Assembly: GCA_034005525.1 (NCBI GenBank)
Contig: JAVEUP010000021.1
Coordinates: 1,557-65,556, forward strand
DNA length: 64,000 bases
Source of the DNA: Thermoguttaceae bacterium
Lineage (GTDB): Bacteria > Planctomycetota > Planctomycetia > Pirellulales > Thermoguttaceae
Reading direction: 5' to 3'
In this document: positions 50,654 through 59,222 of the stretch, in pieces
Layout: the number at the start of each line of letters is the position of its first letter
Numbering within the stretch: position 1 is the first letter of the stretch
Notes under the pieces: model-generated
What the model was told of the DNA's origin: nothing
Databases searched by the model: none
Seen by the model: only the letters and a program-made list of their open reading frames with translations
Program-made: the position numbers and the translations under genes

Positions 50654-51465
50654 GCTGTGCGGGGCACGCTTCGGATAACCAGCAGCGCCACGAGAGCGCC
50701 GGCGGGAACGTCGACGTAGTAGTGGCCGCCCACGGTGACGGTCGACGCGATCATCAGCACGTTCAGTCCGAACGCCCACCAGCGCAGTCTTGTCGGCCAT
50801 AGTGCGGCAGTCAGAAAGATCGCCCAAGCCGTATGGAAGCTTGGAAAGGTGATGATCCCTTGCGCGCCTTGCCATGTGATGACCGCCGCGCCCGACCGCA
50901 AGGCATGGAACCGTTCGGCAATGACGGGTGTGATGTTCCCCTGGACTCCCACGGCGGGGAAGAAATAGAAGAAGCATACGGTTACCAGGGCGCCCAGCAT
51001 GAATCGCTGCAGAAACGTCCAAAGACTGCTCTTCTCAGCCAGGATGAATAGCACCAAGATCGTCTGTGGAATGACTGAAGAATACGCTACCTTGAGCATA
51101 AAGGCTACGACCGGATATTGCGCGACGAAGGCAGCCGTTGCCGGGGCTGAAAGGCCCAAGGTGGAATCTGCGGCCAGCAACATGGCGTCGGCAAGTGGAT
51201 AGGACGTCGCCGCAATCGCTTCCATGAGCATTGTGAACGCGGCGGAGAAGGCGATCAGCGTGACAAGCCCCCGCAGGAGGTTGGGCTGCCACAGAAGACT
51301 CGCGCAGAAGACCAAGCCACTGAACACCATCGCCTGCCAATAGCCCGCTGCCTGGAGGTCCTGCACGAAGATCAGCAGGCCGGCGGCCAGCGCAGCCAGC
51401 ATGACGGGAATGTCATTGATAATCCAGCGACGCGAATACTCGGCGTTGGCTTGCACTGATAACAC
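50596..51465 (-). CDS. PAP2-superfamily membrane protein
   Basis: Polytopic. FPSFHTAWA and VGGHYYVDV phosphatase-motif remnants. Its 3-prime end overlaps the converging trpB2 by 58 bp. Confidence 0.7.
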   Translation of the reverse strand: MLSVQANAEYSRRWIINDIPVMLAALAAGLLIFVQDLQAAGYWQAMVFSGLVFCASLLWQPNLLRGLVTLIAFSAAFTMLMEAIAATSYPLADAMLLAADSTLGLSAPATAAFVAQYPVVAFMLKVAYSSVIPQTILVLFILAEKSSLWTFLQRFMLGALVTVCFFYFFPAVGVQGNITPVIAERFHALRSGAAVITWQGAQGIITFPSFHTAWAIFLTAALWPTRLRWWAFGLNVLMIASTVTVGGHYYVDVPAGALVALLVIRSVPRTAYPSTAGNSAMAASMFSCG

Positions 51466-51615
51466 CTGTCTCCGTTCCGGATATTCGAGGGCGACAACTC
51501 CACTTTCGCGGCCGAACGGTTGTCATTGGAGAACTCGCCCTCAGTACCGCGGGCACAACGGGCAATCTCCCGGGAATGCTCGCCTGCCCGCCTCCCAACA
51601 ACCATAGAATCCCAT

Positions 51616-51643
51616 TTGACATCGGTCGAATCTGAACTAGGTT
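51616..51643 (+). promoter_or_regulatory. Candidate promoter for the flp leader (TTGACA-N16-TAGGTT)
   Basis: Perfect -35 TTGACA at 51616-51621 and a weak -10 at 51638-51643. It would give a leader of about 440 nt containing the riboswitch-like element. Confidence 0.25.
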
Positions 51644-51800
51644 TCAATGTAGAGGCCAATGGCACGCGAGTGCCGGCTGGACATGGGACGGCCGAAAGGC
51701 TGTCTCGAGGAGGGGGGAGTTCTCCGCCGAAAAACACATTCGACACAGCTCCTTATGCTCGGCGGACCACCTGAATCACCCAGGCCTGCAAGCCTCAGAA

Positions 51801-51890
51801 CCCTCGAAAGGGCAAACCGGTTGAAAGGCCGGGGCGCAAAGCCAAGGGCCGGCGGCGCTAGCCGGCGGAAGCCTGGCTGCCGAAAGGGTG
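51801..51890 (+). promoter_or_regulatory. c-di-GMP-I (GEMM-I)-like riboswitch aptamer in the flp pilin leader
   Basis: Ordered blocks GGGCAAACC, a hairpin CCGGUU-GAAA-GGCCGG, GGCGCAAAGCC, a stem GCCAAGG...CCUGGC and UGCCGAAAG. These match the GEMM-I core as I recall it. Not verified with a covariance model. Confidence 0.6.
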
Positions 51891-52088
51891 AAACCAGTGA
51901 TTTCGGCCAGCGACGGGGAAGAGGCACGTTTTTCCAAAATAGGGTTCCGGAAGGTGGCCGCAGGCCCGCGGCGGGCAATCCGCCGCGACACTCGAAGGAG
52001 CCCAACCCTGTTTTCGGTTCCGGTTAGTCCTCGGCGCCCCGCGTTTACGCCCGGCGCTGAGGGATGAAGCTGGAATGGAGGAATACCC

Positions 52089-52295
52089 ATGAAGTCGCTT
52101 GCTATGAAGGTGCATCGTTTCCTCGTTTCAGAGGATGGGCCCACCGCAGTGGAGTACGCGGTCATGTTGGCGCTGATTGTGATCGTCTGCTTGACGGCCA
52201 TTACCGCCATCGGATCGCAGGCCAACGCGACGTTTGAGACCATTGGTACCGAACTCGAGAATGCCAACGGCCTAGCTGGTGGCGTAGGTGGTTAG
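52089..52295 (+). CDS. flp: Flp-family type IVb pilin
   Basis: 68 aa with a GGAGGA RBS. Flp motif DGPTAVEYAVMLALIVIV. Confidence 0.9.
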   Translation: MKSLAMKVHRFLVSEDGPTAVEYAVMLALIVIVCLTAITAIGSQANATFETIGTELENANGLAGGVGG

Positions 52296-52375
52296 TGCCG
52301 CTTGGTGGTGCTGACCGCCTGACCCACGGCCAGGTCCATTGTCGGCCAGGCCAATCGTCCGATTTTGACCGGAAA

Positions 52376-52415
52376 CCCCCTCGGCGCCGATTTGGCGCCG
52401 GGGGGGCGTTTTTTT
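52376..52415 (+). terminator. Rho-independent terminator downstream of flp
   Basis: 13-bp GC-rich stem (52376-52388 pairs with 52394-52406, one G-U pair), loop GATTT, then CG plus seven T (52409-52415). Confidence 0.85.
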
Positions 52416-52581
52416 GGCTCGCCGATTCCATGGGCCAAGCAGAATTCCATTGCGGCAAGCATGATCGGCACGTGCCGCCCGGCTCGCAGCCCATACGGTT
52501 TTCCGGCGGCATGGGAGCGTTTCTTAAGCTAGCATTGCATAGAGAATTCGGTTTCCCCCAGAACTTCCCGGAGTAATGCTC

Positions 52582-53148
52582 ATGTCGCTTACCGCCGCTG
52601 TCCCCACTGGTGTCATCGAAAACTGGCATATTTGGCTCGTCAGCGCCGTGCTTGTCGTGGCCGCCGTTATCGACGGTTGGAAGTTGAAGGTGCCCAATTG
52701 GCTCACCTTCCCGTTCGTCGTAGCCGGCTGGACCTACAGCGCGGTGTGGTTTGGATGGGCCGGGCTGGGCTGGAGCCTGATGGGAACCGGAGTTGGTTTG
52801 CTCCTGCTGTTGCCAGCCTACGCCATTGGCGGCATGGGGGCAGGCGACGTGAAACTGCTGGCTGGGGTGGGCGCCTGGGTTTGGGGCACGATCACGTTCT
52901 ACGCGTTTTGTGCCTCGGCTGTTGTCGGCGGTGTTCTGGCCGTGGGGATGGTACTGTACGCCCGCAAGCTTCGCCATCACAAGGCCCAATTCCTCGCAAT
53001 CCTCACGGAAATTCTGGTCCTCCGCAATCCGGAGGAGCTTTCCGAAATCGCCGCCCAACGCAAGAGCACGATGATGCTGTTGCCGTACGGTATACCGATC
53101 GCCATTGGCACAATCACGTACTTTGCATTGGCGGGAATGTTGGTCTGA
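52582..53148 (+). CDS. cpaA: Prepilin peptidase CpaA/TadV (A24 family)
   Basis: Polytopic. GMGAGDVKLLAGVGAW aspartyl-protease block. ATG 52582 is preferred (GGAG 8 nt upstream). ATG 52576 is an alternative. Confidence 0.85.
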   Translation: MSLTAAVPTGVIENWHIWLVSAVLVVAAVIDGWKLKVPNWLTFPFVVAGWTYSAVWFGWAGLGWSLMGTGVGLLLLLPAYAIGGMGAGDVKLLAGVGAWVWGTITFYAFCASAVVGGVLAVGMVLYARKLRHHKAQFLAILTEILVLRNPEELSEIAAQRKSTMMLLPYGIPIAIGTITYFALAGMLV

Positions 53149-53176
53149 GGGTCAACGGCAGTAAGGAGCCAACGTC

Positions 53177-53695
53177 ATGCACGCCCTAGTCTTCCGGAGA
53201 GACCGCTCACCGATTGGCCCCCTGGGCCGGCCCCCAGAGACAAGAATTGCTCCGCGTCGGCATTTCAAACTGGAGAAGGTGTGCCGATTTTGCCGAAAGA
53301 ATCGACGAGGCGCTGCTGCAGTCGAGTTTGCCATTGTCGCGCCGCTCTTCTTCCTCTTGATATTCGGGATCATCGAGTTTGGACGCATGATTATGGTCCA
53401 GCAGATTATCACGAATGCCTCACGAGAGGGGGCCAGGGTGGCTGTCCTCGATGGCGCGACGACTGGAGAGGTGGATTCCAAGGTTGCCAACTACCTGCAG
53501 GGAGCCAATATCCATCGAGGCGCAAGTATTACGGTCAGCCCTGACCCGCCCGATTCCGCGGGTTGGGGTGAGCCTGTAACCGTTACTGTCACTATACCTT
53601 TCAGTCAAGTTACTTGGCTTCCGACGCCAATGTTTGTAGGCGGAGACATGCAGCTCTCCTCCAGCACGACTATGCGCCGTGAGACTGTGCAATAA
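53177..53695 (+). CDS. tadE: TadE/TadG-family pseudopilin-like protein
   Basis: AAGGAG lies 8 nt upstream. RRGAAAVEFAIVAPLFFLLIFGIIEFGR TadE N-terminal motif. Confidence 0.8.
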   Translation: MHALVFRRDRSPIGPLGRPPETRIAPRRHFKLEKVCRFCRKNRRGAAAVEFAIVAPLFFLLIFGIIEFGRMIMVQQIITNASREGARVAVLDGATTGEVDSKVANYLQGANIHRGASITVSPDPPDSAGWGEPVTVTVTIPFSQVTWLPTPMFVGGDMQLSSSTTMRRETVQ

Positions 53696-53769
53696 CGATT
53701 GCACAAGATGCGGTAGCTGTGCCGGAGGGGTTCGGGTTCGCAGCGGGGGCCAAACGCGCAAGGGGGGAG

Positions 53770-54942
53770 ATGATGCGAGGCAAATCGCTTGCACTGCTAG
53801 TGCTTGCGCTCGGTTGCGGGCTGGTTGCGTCGATTGGCGTGACGCAGGTCATCGCCAAGCGCCACACCGAGACTCCCGCCCCATCAGTGGAGATGGAGAG
53901 TATCTTCGTTGCGATGGCCGACATTGCTTTGGGCGATCCGCTGACTGCTCAGGTTCTCAAGTTGGAACCGTGGCCGAAGAGCAAGATTCCCGAGGGGGCA
54001 TTCACTAAGGTCGAGGATATCGAGGGCCGCCGAGCGCGCGCCCGGCTTTTTGCAGGTGAGCCGATCATCGAACGCAAACTGCTCAAGCGGGGCGAATCCA
54101 GCGGCGGGATCAGCCCGCTGATTCCCAAAGGGATGCGAGTCGTCTCGGTCAAGGTCGACCAGGTTTCCGGCGGCGGCGGACTCATTCTGCCAGGCGACCG
54201 GGTCGACGTGGTTGTCTACCTGACCCAAGCCCTGACGCGGGGGATTCCTGAAACCTCCACCCGGACTGTCCTGCAAGACATCAAGGTATTCGCGGTCAAC
54301 GACCAGTTCAACCTTGACAGCGAAGGCAGCGACAAACGCTCGATTACCAATGCGCGCACCGTTTCGCTGCTGGTGACGCCGGCTCAGGCCCAAAAGGTCA
54401 TGCTGGCCGGCGAGATGGGCCAAATTCGGCTGGTGCTCCGCAGCCCGGAGGACGACGAACAGGCCAGCCTGGCAACCGCCACTGCGCAAGACATCCTGGG
54501 AGGTCCAGGTGCTGGGAACCGAGATATGGAGACCCTGGTGGAGTCTGAACTCCCGGCGGAAGACGACCAGATGCAGGGCTTCCTCGACTTCCTGAACGAG
54601 AACATGCACGCGAGGGCCGCGGCGCAGTCCTCTGCTCGAGGCCCGCAAGCCGTGCCTCCGGCACCCGAGAACACAACCTGGAACATGCGTATCGTACGTG
54701 CCGGCAAGATCGAGGACATCCAACTGTACGGCGACACGAAAGCGGGCGAGCACGGCCTCATTTGGCACCACGGCGCGCCGGCCCCGACTCCGCCCTCGGA
54801 CGGGCAATACCAGCCGTTTCCTGGCGCGCCGGCGTCAACGGTCCCGGCTCCGGCCGGTCCGACCATGACCTCGCCGCTTGAGGAACCGGAAGACGAGATG
54901 CCCCGGGAAGCGGAAGAAGACACACCCCCAACCCCGCAGTAG
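53770..54942 (+). CDS. cpaB: Flp pilus assembly protein CpaB, with a Pro-rich C-terminal tail
   Basis: Start at the internal ATG at 53770 (MMRGKSLALLVLALGCGLVASIG). SAF-like and RcpC-like regions follow. Confidence 0.8.
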   Translation: MMRGKSLALLVLALGCGLVASIGVTQVIAKRHTETPAPSVEMESIFVAMADIALGDPLTAQVLKLEPWPKSKIPEGAFTKVEDIEGRRARARLFAGEPIIERKLLKRGESSGGISPLIPKGMRVVSVKVDQVSGGGGLILPGDRVDVVVYLTQALTRGIPETSTRTVLQDIKVFAVNDQFNLDSEGSDKRSITNARTVSLLVTPAQAQKVMLAGEMGQIRLVLRSPEDDEQASLATATAQDILGGPGAGNRDMETLVESELPAEDDQMQGFLDFLNENMHARAAAQSSARGPQAVPPAPENTTWNMRIVRAGKIEDIQLYGDTKAGEHGLIWHHGAPAPTPPSDGQYQPFPGAPASTVPAPAGPTMTSPLEEPEDEMPREAEEDTPPTPQ

Positions 54943-54960
54943 CAAGGTGAGTGAGCCGGC

Positions 54961-56835
54961 ATGGATCGTCGGCCCCTGACGGAGGAACCCTTCCGGGGCC
55001 CGAACCCGGATAACGCTTCAAGGAAATCAAGGATGAGGAAGCCCAGTATTCTGCAATGGTGCCGCCGCGTCGCGCGGTCGCGATCCTCCGCCCCGGCAAC
55101 GAGCCCGATTCATGCGTTGCCCGCTCTCGCACTCCTGTTGAGCGTTCTGCTTGCGTCCGTGGTGTGTGGCCAGCACAGCCCGCCGCCGGAGGTGTTTGAC
55201 CCATCGCGGCCTCCCTCGCTGATCTACAAGGTCACAAGCGTTCAGCAGCGGCTGGAAATGACCGTCAACGCCAGCCGGCGTCTGGAAATGGACCAGAAGA
55301 TTCCGGAAGCCCAGGTCAACAACCCCGACATCGTGGACCTGACGCCCCTGGCACCCAACGTGGTCCAGATTTCAGCGAAGAATCCCGGGGTGACCCAGGT
55401 CAATTTGTGGGGTGAGGACAAGCAGATTTACACAATCGACGTCATCGTATACCGCGACGTCCGTGAGTTGGGACTCTTGCTCGAATCCCAGTTCCCCAAT
55501 GCGAAATTGAAAGTCGTCCCGGTCGGCAACGGCGTGATGATTTCCGGCTACGTTGACCAGCCGGAACAGGTCAGCCTCATCACGCGGATTGCCGAGGAAT
55601 ACTATCCAAAAGTCATACCCGCCATGACCGTAAGCGGCGTGCATCAGATTCTTCTGCACGTACGCGTCATGGAAGTGTCGCGAACGAAGCTCCGCTCGCT
55701 TGGGTTCGACTTCGCGCAGTTCAGCGGCGACAACTACGTGGTTTCAAGCGTCAGCGGGCTACTCAGCGCCTTTGGCGGGGGGGTCGCGACCAGTGGGCAG
55801 GAAACATTTTCGTTCGGAGTCGTAGACGGCTCCAGCGCGTTCTTCGGCGTCCTCGAAGCAATGCGTCAAGATCAGCTTATGAAGATTCTCGCGGAGCCGA
55901 CTTTGGTCACTGTCAGCGGCCGCCCCGCGTTCTTTCAAGTCGGCGGCGAGTTTCCCATTCTCGTGCCGCAAAGCCTGGGAACCGTTTCGATCGAGTACAA
56001 GAAATTCGGAACGCAGGTCGATTTTGTTCCCATCGTTCTGGGCAACGGCCGCATCCGGCTAGAGGTGCGACCCCGAGTGAGCGAGATCGACAACACCCGA
56101 AGCGTGACGCTCGACTCGACCACTGTTCCCGGCCTGCGTACCCGCGAGGTCGACACGGGAGTGGAAATGAACGCCGGGCAAACGCTTGCCATAGCCGGCT
56201 TGGTACAAACGCGGGTTGAGTCGGAGAACAAGGGTCTTCCGTGGGCCAGCGAGGTGCCTTATCTCGGCGCCCTGTTCCGCCGGGTGCAGCACCACAACAA
56301 CGAGATTGAACTGCTCATTCTGGTCACTCCCGAACTGGTCGAGGCCATGGACGCCCACGAAGTGCCGCTCTGCGGCCCGGGCTCCCGGACGACCGACCCG
56401 AATGATTGGGACCTGTTCATGCGAGGTCACCTGGAGGTACCTAACTGCTGTCCTCCCTGCGGTACAGACTGCGTCTCGTGTGCTTCCGGCGGCCAGCCGG
56501 GTCTGATCGGCGGTTGGGGTGACGGCGCGACACCCGAAGAAACGGTCTTTCCCGGCGAGGGCGAGATCGTTGCCCCCCCAAACGGCCAGCCACCGGCCGT
56601 GCCGCCGGCCTCCGATCCGACACTGGACGGTTCGACCAGCAGGGGCAACTCGCCCGCCGGGCAGCAGGGCCTGAGACGCCCGATGTTCCCAGCCCAGGTT
56701 AGCCACACCGCCACTCGCCCGCATAGTCCGTCCATGCGGCAGAATCCGCAGCCGACCCCGAACCCGGCGCAGGCCGAGGGCAGGTTGCCTGCGCCGGTTT
56801 TCATCGGCCCGGTCGGTTACGATGTTCTAAAGTAG
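54961..56835 (+). CDS. cpaC: Tad secretin CpaC/RcpA
   Basis: Pilus-formation N-domain (VVQISAKNPGVTQVNLWGEDKQIYTIDVIV) and secretin domain (LAEPTLVTVSGRPAFFQVGGEFP...). Alternative start at 55033. Confidence 0.9.
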   Translation: MDRRPLTEEPFRGPNPDNASRKSRMRKPSILQWCRRVARSRSSAPATSPIHALPALALLLSVLLASVVCGQHSPPPEVFDPSRPPSLIYKVTSVQQRLEMTVNASRRLEMDQKIPEAQVNNPDIVDLTPLAPNVVQISAKNPGVTQVNLWGEDKQIYTIDVIVYRDVRELGLLLESQFPNAKLKVVPVGNGVMISGYVDQPEQVSLITRIAEEYYPKVIPAMTVSGVHQILLHVRVMEVSRTKLRSLGFDFAQFSGDNYVVSSVSGLLSAFGGGVATSGQETFSFGVVDGSSAFFGVLEAMRQDQLMKILAEPTLVTVSGRPAFFQVGGEFPILVPQSLGTVSIEYKKFGTQVDFVPIVLGNGRIRLEVRPRVSEIDNTRSVTLDSTTVPGLRTREVDTGVEMNAGQTLAIAGLVQTRVESENKGLPWASEVPYLGALFRRVQHHNNEIELLILVTPELVEAMDAHEVPLCGPGSRTTDPNDWDLFMRGHLEVPNCCPPCGTDCVSCASGGQPGLIGGWGDGATPEETVFPGEGEIVAPPNGQPPAVPPASDPTLDGSTSRGNSPAGQQGLRRPMFPAQVSHTATRPHSPSMRQNPQPTPNPAQAEGRLPAPVFIGPVGYDVLK

Positions 56836-56838
56836 TAT

Positions 56839-58056
56839 ATGAGCAATGTCTTACGCTTGGCACTGGTCGATCCTGACGACTCCCAGCGCGAATCGATGAA
56901 GTCGATGCTGCTGGGCATGGACATGATCTGGCTGGAGGCCGAATGTTCCCGCTACGAGTTCTTTGCCGACGTGGTTGCGCAAACCAACCCCGACATCGGG
57001 TTGGTTTGCATCGACGACGACCCGGAGAAGGGACTCGACCTGGTCCGGCAACTCGGGGAGAGTTCGCCCAACTGTGCCGTGCTGGTGGTGAGTTCTTCAA
57101 GTGACGGGAATCTGATCCTCCAGGCGCTCCGGGCGGGGGCCAAGGAGTTCCTGACGCAACCGGTCCGCATTGAGGACCTGCTCGGCGCCTTGGGCCGAAT
57201 CGGCGAGCGCCGCACAGGCCCCGGCGAGAGCCGGCCTCGCGGCAGCCAGGTCATCGCCGTTGCCGGCGCCACCGGCGGCGTGGGCACCACGAGCGTGGCA
57301 GTCAACCTTGGCTGCGCGCTGGCCGCCGATCAGAAGAACTCCGTGGCACTGGTCGACCTGGACCTCTGCCTTGGCGACGCCGACGTGTTTCTCGACACCA
57401 TACCCGACTACACCTTGGTAGACGTCGCCCAGAACGTGACCCGGCTCGACTTCACGTTGCTCAAACGCTCGCTGACGAAGCATTCCACGGGACTCTACCT
57501 GTTGCCGCGGCCGGTGCAAATTGAGGACACGCGGCTGATCGGGGCCGAAGATCTTCAGCGGGTGATCGGGCTTCTGAAGGCCACGTTCACCCATCTTGTA
57601 CTCGACTTGTCGAAGAGCTTCAGCAACATCGACATGATGGCCCTGGAGATGGCCAACCACGTTCTGCTCGTCACGCAGTTGGACCTGCCGTGCCTCCGCA
57701 ACGTGGTGCGCCTGATGATGTCCTTCGGCGAGATGGACAACATGGCCAAGAAGGTCAAGATCGTGGTCAACCGCGCGGGATTGGAGCAGGGACAGATCAC
57801 TCTGAAGAAGGCCGAAGAGACCATTGGCAAGGAGATCTTCTGGCAGCTTCCCAACGATTACCGGACCATGGTCGAGGTGCGGAACAACGGCGTACCGCTC
57901 GTGGAACAGGCGCCCAAGGCCGCCATTACGCAGTCGATCGTTGCCCTGGCTGACGCCCTTTCCTCCGACGAAAGATCCCAACCGGCGAAAACGCCCGGTA
58001 AGAAGTCCGTGCTCGGACGCTTGTTCAATTTCGGCAGCGCCAAACCGGCGAAGTAG
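56839..58056 (+). CDS. cpaE: CpaE-like protein (receiver-like N-domain plus MinD/ParA-type ATPase)
   Basis: Deviant Walker A AVAGATGGVGTTSVAVNLG. N-terminal receiver-like fold. Confidence 0.85.
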   Translation: MSNVLRLALVDPDDSQRESMKSMLLGMDMIWLEAECSRYEFFADVVAQTNPDIGLVCIDDDPEKGLDLVRQLGESSPNCAVLVVSSSSDGNLILQALRAGAKEFLTQPVRIEDLLGALGRIGERRTGPGESRPRGSQVIAVAGATGGVGTTSVAVNLGCALAADQKNSVALVDLDLCLGDADVFLDTIPDYTLVDVAQNVTRLDFTLLKRSLTKHSTGLYLLPRPVQIEDTRLIGAEDLQRVIGLLKATFTHLVLDLSKSFSNIDMMALEMANHVLLVTQLDLPCLRNVVRLMMSFGEMDNMAKKVKIVVNRAGLEQGQITLKKAEETIGKEIFWQLPNDYRTMVEVRNNGVPLVEQAPKAAITQSIVALADALSSDERSQPAKTPGKKSVLGRLFNFGSAKPAK

Positions 58057-58059
58057 CGA

Positions 58060-58344
58060 TTACAGCTCGCTCATCAGCTTGTCGAAGGTATCGACCGGCA
58101 CCGCCGGCGCGGTCGAAAAACCGATGCCCGTCAACTTCGTCAGAGCGACCGATGCCTTTATGGCCTCTTCCAGGCCGGGCATCGAGACGGCGATCATCAA
58201 GTCCCACTCGCCCAGCATGGCGTAAATCGCCTCCACTTTTCCACCAAACTGCTTGATCAGGTCTTTGGCCTTCTGGGTGCGTTGCACGCTCATGCTCTGA
58301 AGTGACTGCGTGGAATACTTGCCCAACATGATGAACGTTTGCAT
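58060..58344 (-). CDS. GYD-domain protein
   Basis: 94 aa. The pattern MQTFIMLGKYS...GGKVEAIYAMLGEWDLMIAV is typical of the GYD family. Confidence 0.8.
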   Translation of the reverse strand: MQTFIMLGKYSTQSLQSMSVQRTQKAKDLIKQFGGKVEAIYAMLGEWDLMIAVSMPGLEEAIKASVALTKLTGIGFSTAPAVPVDTFDKLMSEL

Positions 58345-58682
58345 GACTGAACTCCCCTCTCTCTGGTGGCAGTCCCAGGCTCCAGCGACAGGATGGAACG
58401 CATGGGAAATGTTACGGGAATGATTCCATTACGCCGACCAACTCCGGACGATCACCGAAAGCAGCGTGAGACAACGCAAGCGAGGAACGCGTCCGCATGT
58501 TCAGAGGGCACACCAAACGTCCTATTATTTATAGCATTTGGCTCCAAGTCAAGTGGTTACATCAAGACTCCGTGGCGAGTCTTTCCGCCCCGATCTGGGC
58601 CAGTCTTGCCAGCACAGCAAGCAGACAAACCATTTCCCGCGTTGCCACGTAGGCATCCCAACGATACAATCCCGCACCGGAG

Positions 58683-59216
58683 ATGCTATCAGGTATGGAT
58701 ATCAACCAGCGTTGCCAGCGGATCGAACTGATCCTTTCCGACGTGGACGGCGTGCTGACCGACGGCCGCATTATCGTCGACAACGCCGGCGTGGAAACCA
58801 AGCGGTTTCACATCCGCGACGGCATGGGTATTCGGTTGTGGCAGAAGGCCGGCTATCGGTTTGGGCTGGTGACGGCCCGGAGTTCGCACATTGTCCATCT
58901 GAGAGCCTCCGAGTTGGGCGTGGAGATTGTCCGGCAGGGAGTCGAAGACAAACGGGAGGCCGTGCGCGAGATTGCCACGGCGCTGGGCCTCGCGCTGGAA
59001 CAGGTGAGTTACCTTGGCGACGACCTGCCCGATCTGCCTGCCGTTGCGGCGGTTGGCCTCGGGGTTGCCGTCGCCGACGCGTGCGAGGAGTTGCGGCGGG
59101 CAGCCTGTTACGTGACGCAGATGCCCGGCGGAGCCGGCGCCGTGCGCGAGACCATCGAGTTGATCCTCCGGGCCCAACACCGGTGGGACGACGTTGTTCA
59201 GAGCTACTTGGCCTGA
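58683..59216 (+). CDS. kdsC: KDO-8-phosphate phosphatase KdsC (HAD-IIIA)
   Basis: LILSDVDGVLTDGRI...FHIRDGMGIRLW...GLVTARSS. Confidence 0.85.
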   Translation: MLSGMDINQRCQRIELILSDVDGVLTDGRIIVDNAGVETKRFHIRDGMGIRLWQKAGYRFGLVTARSSHIVHLRASELGVEIVRQGVEDKREAVREIATALGLALEQVSYLGDDLPDLPAVAAVGLGVAVADACEELRRAACYVTQMPGGAGAVRETIELILRAQHRWDDVVQSYLA

Positions 59217-59222
59217 GACTCC

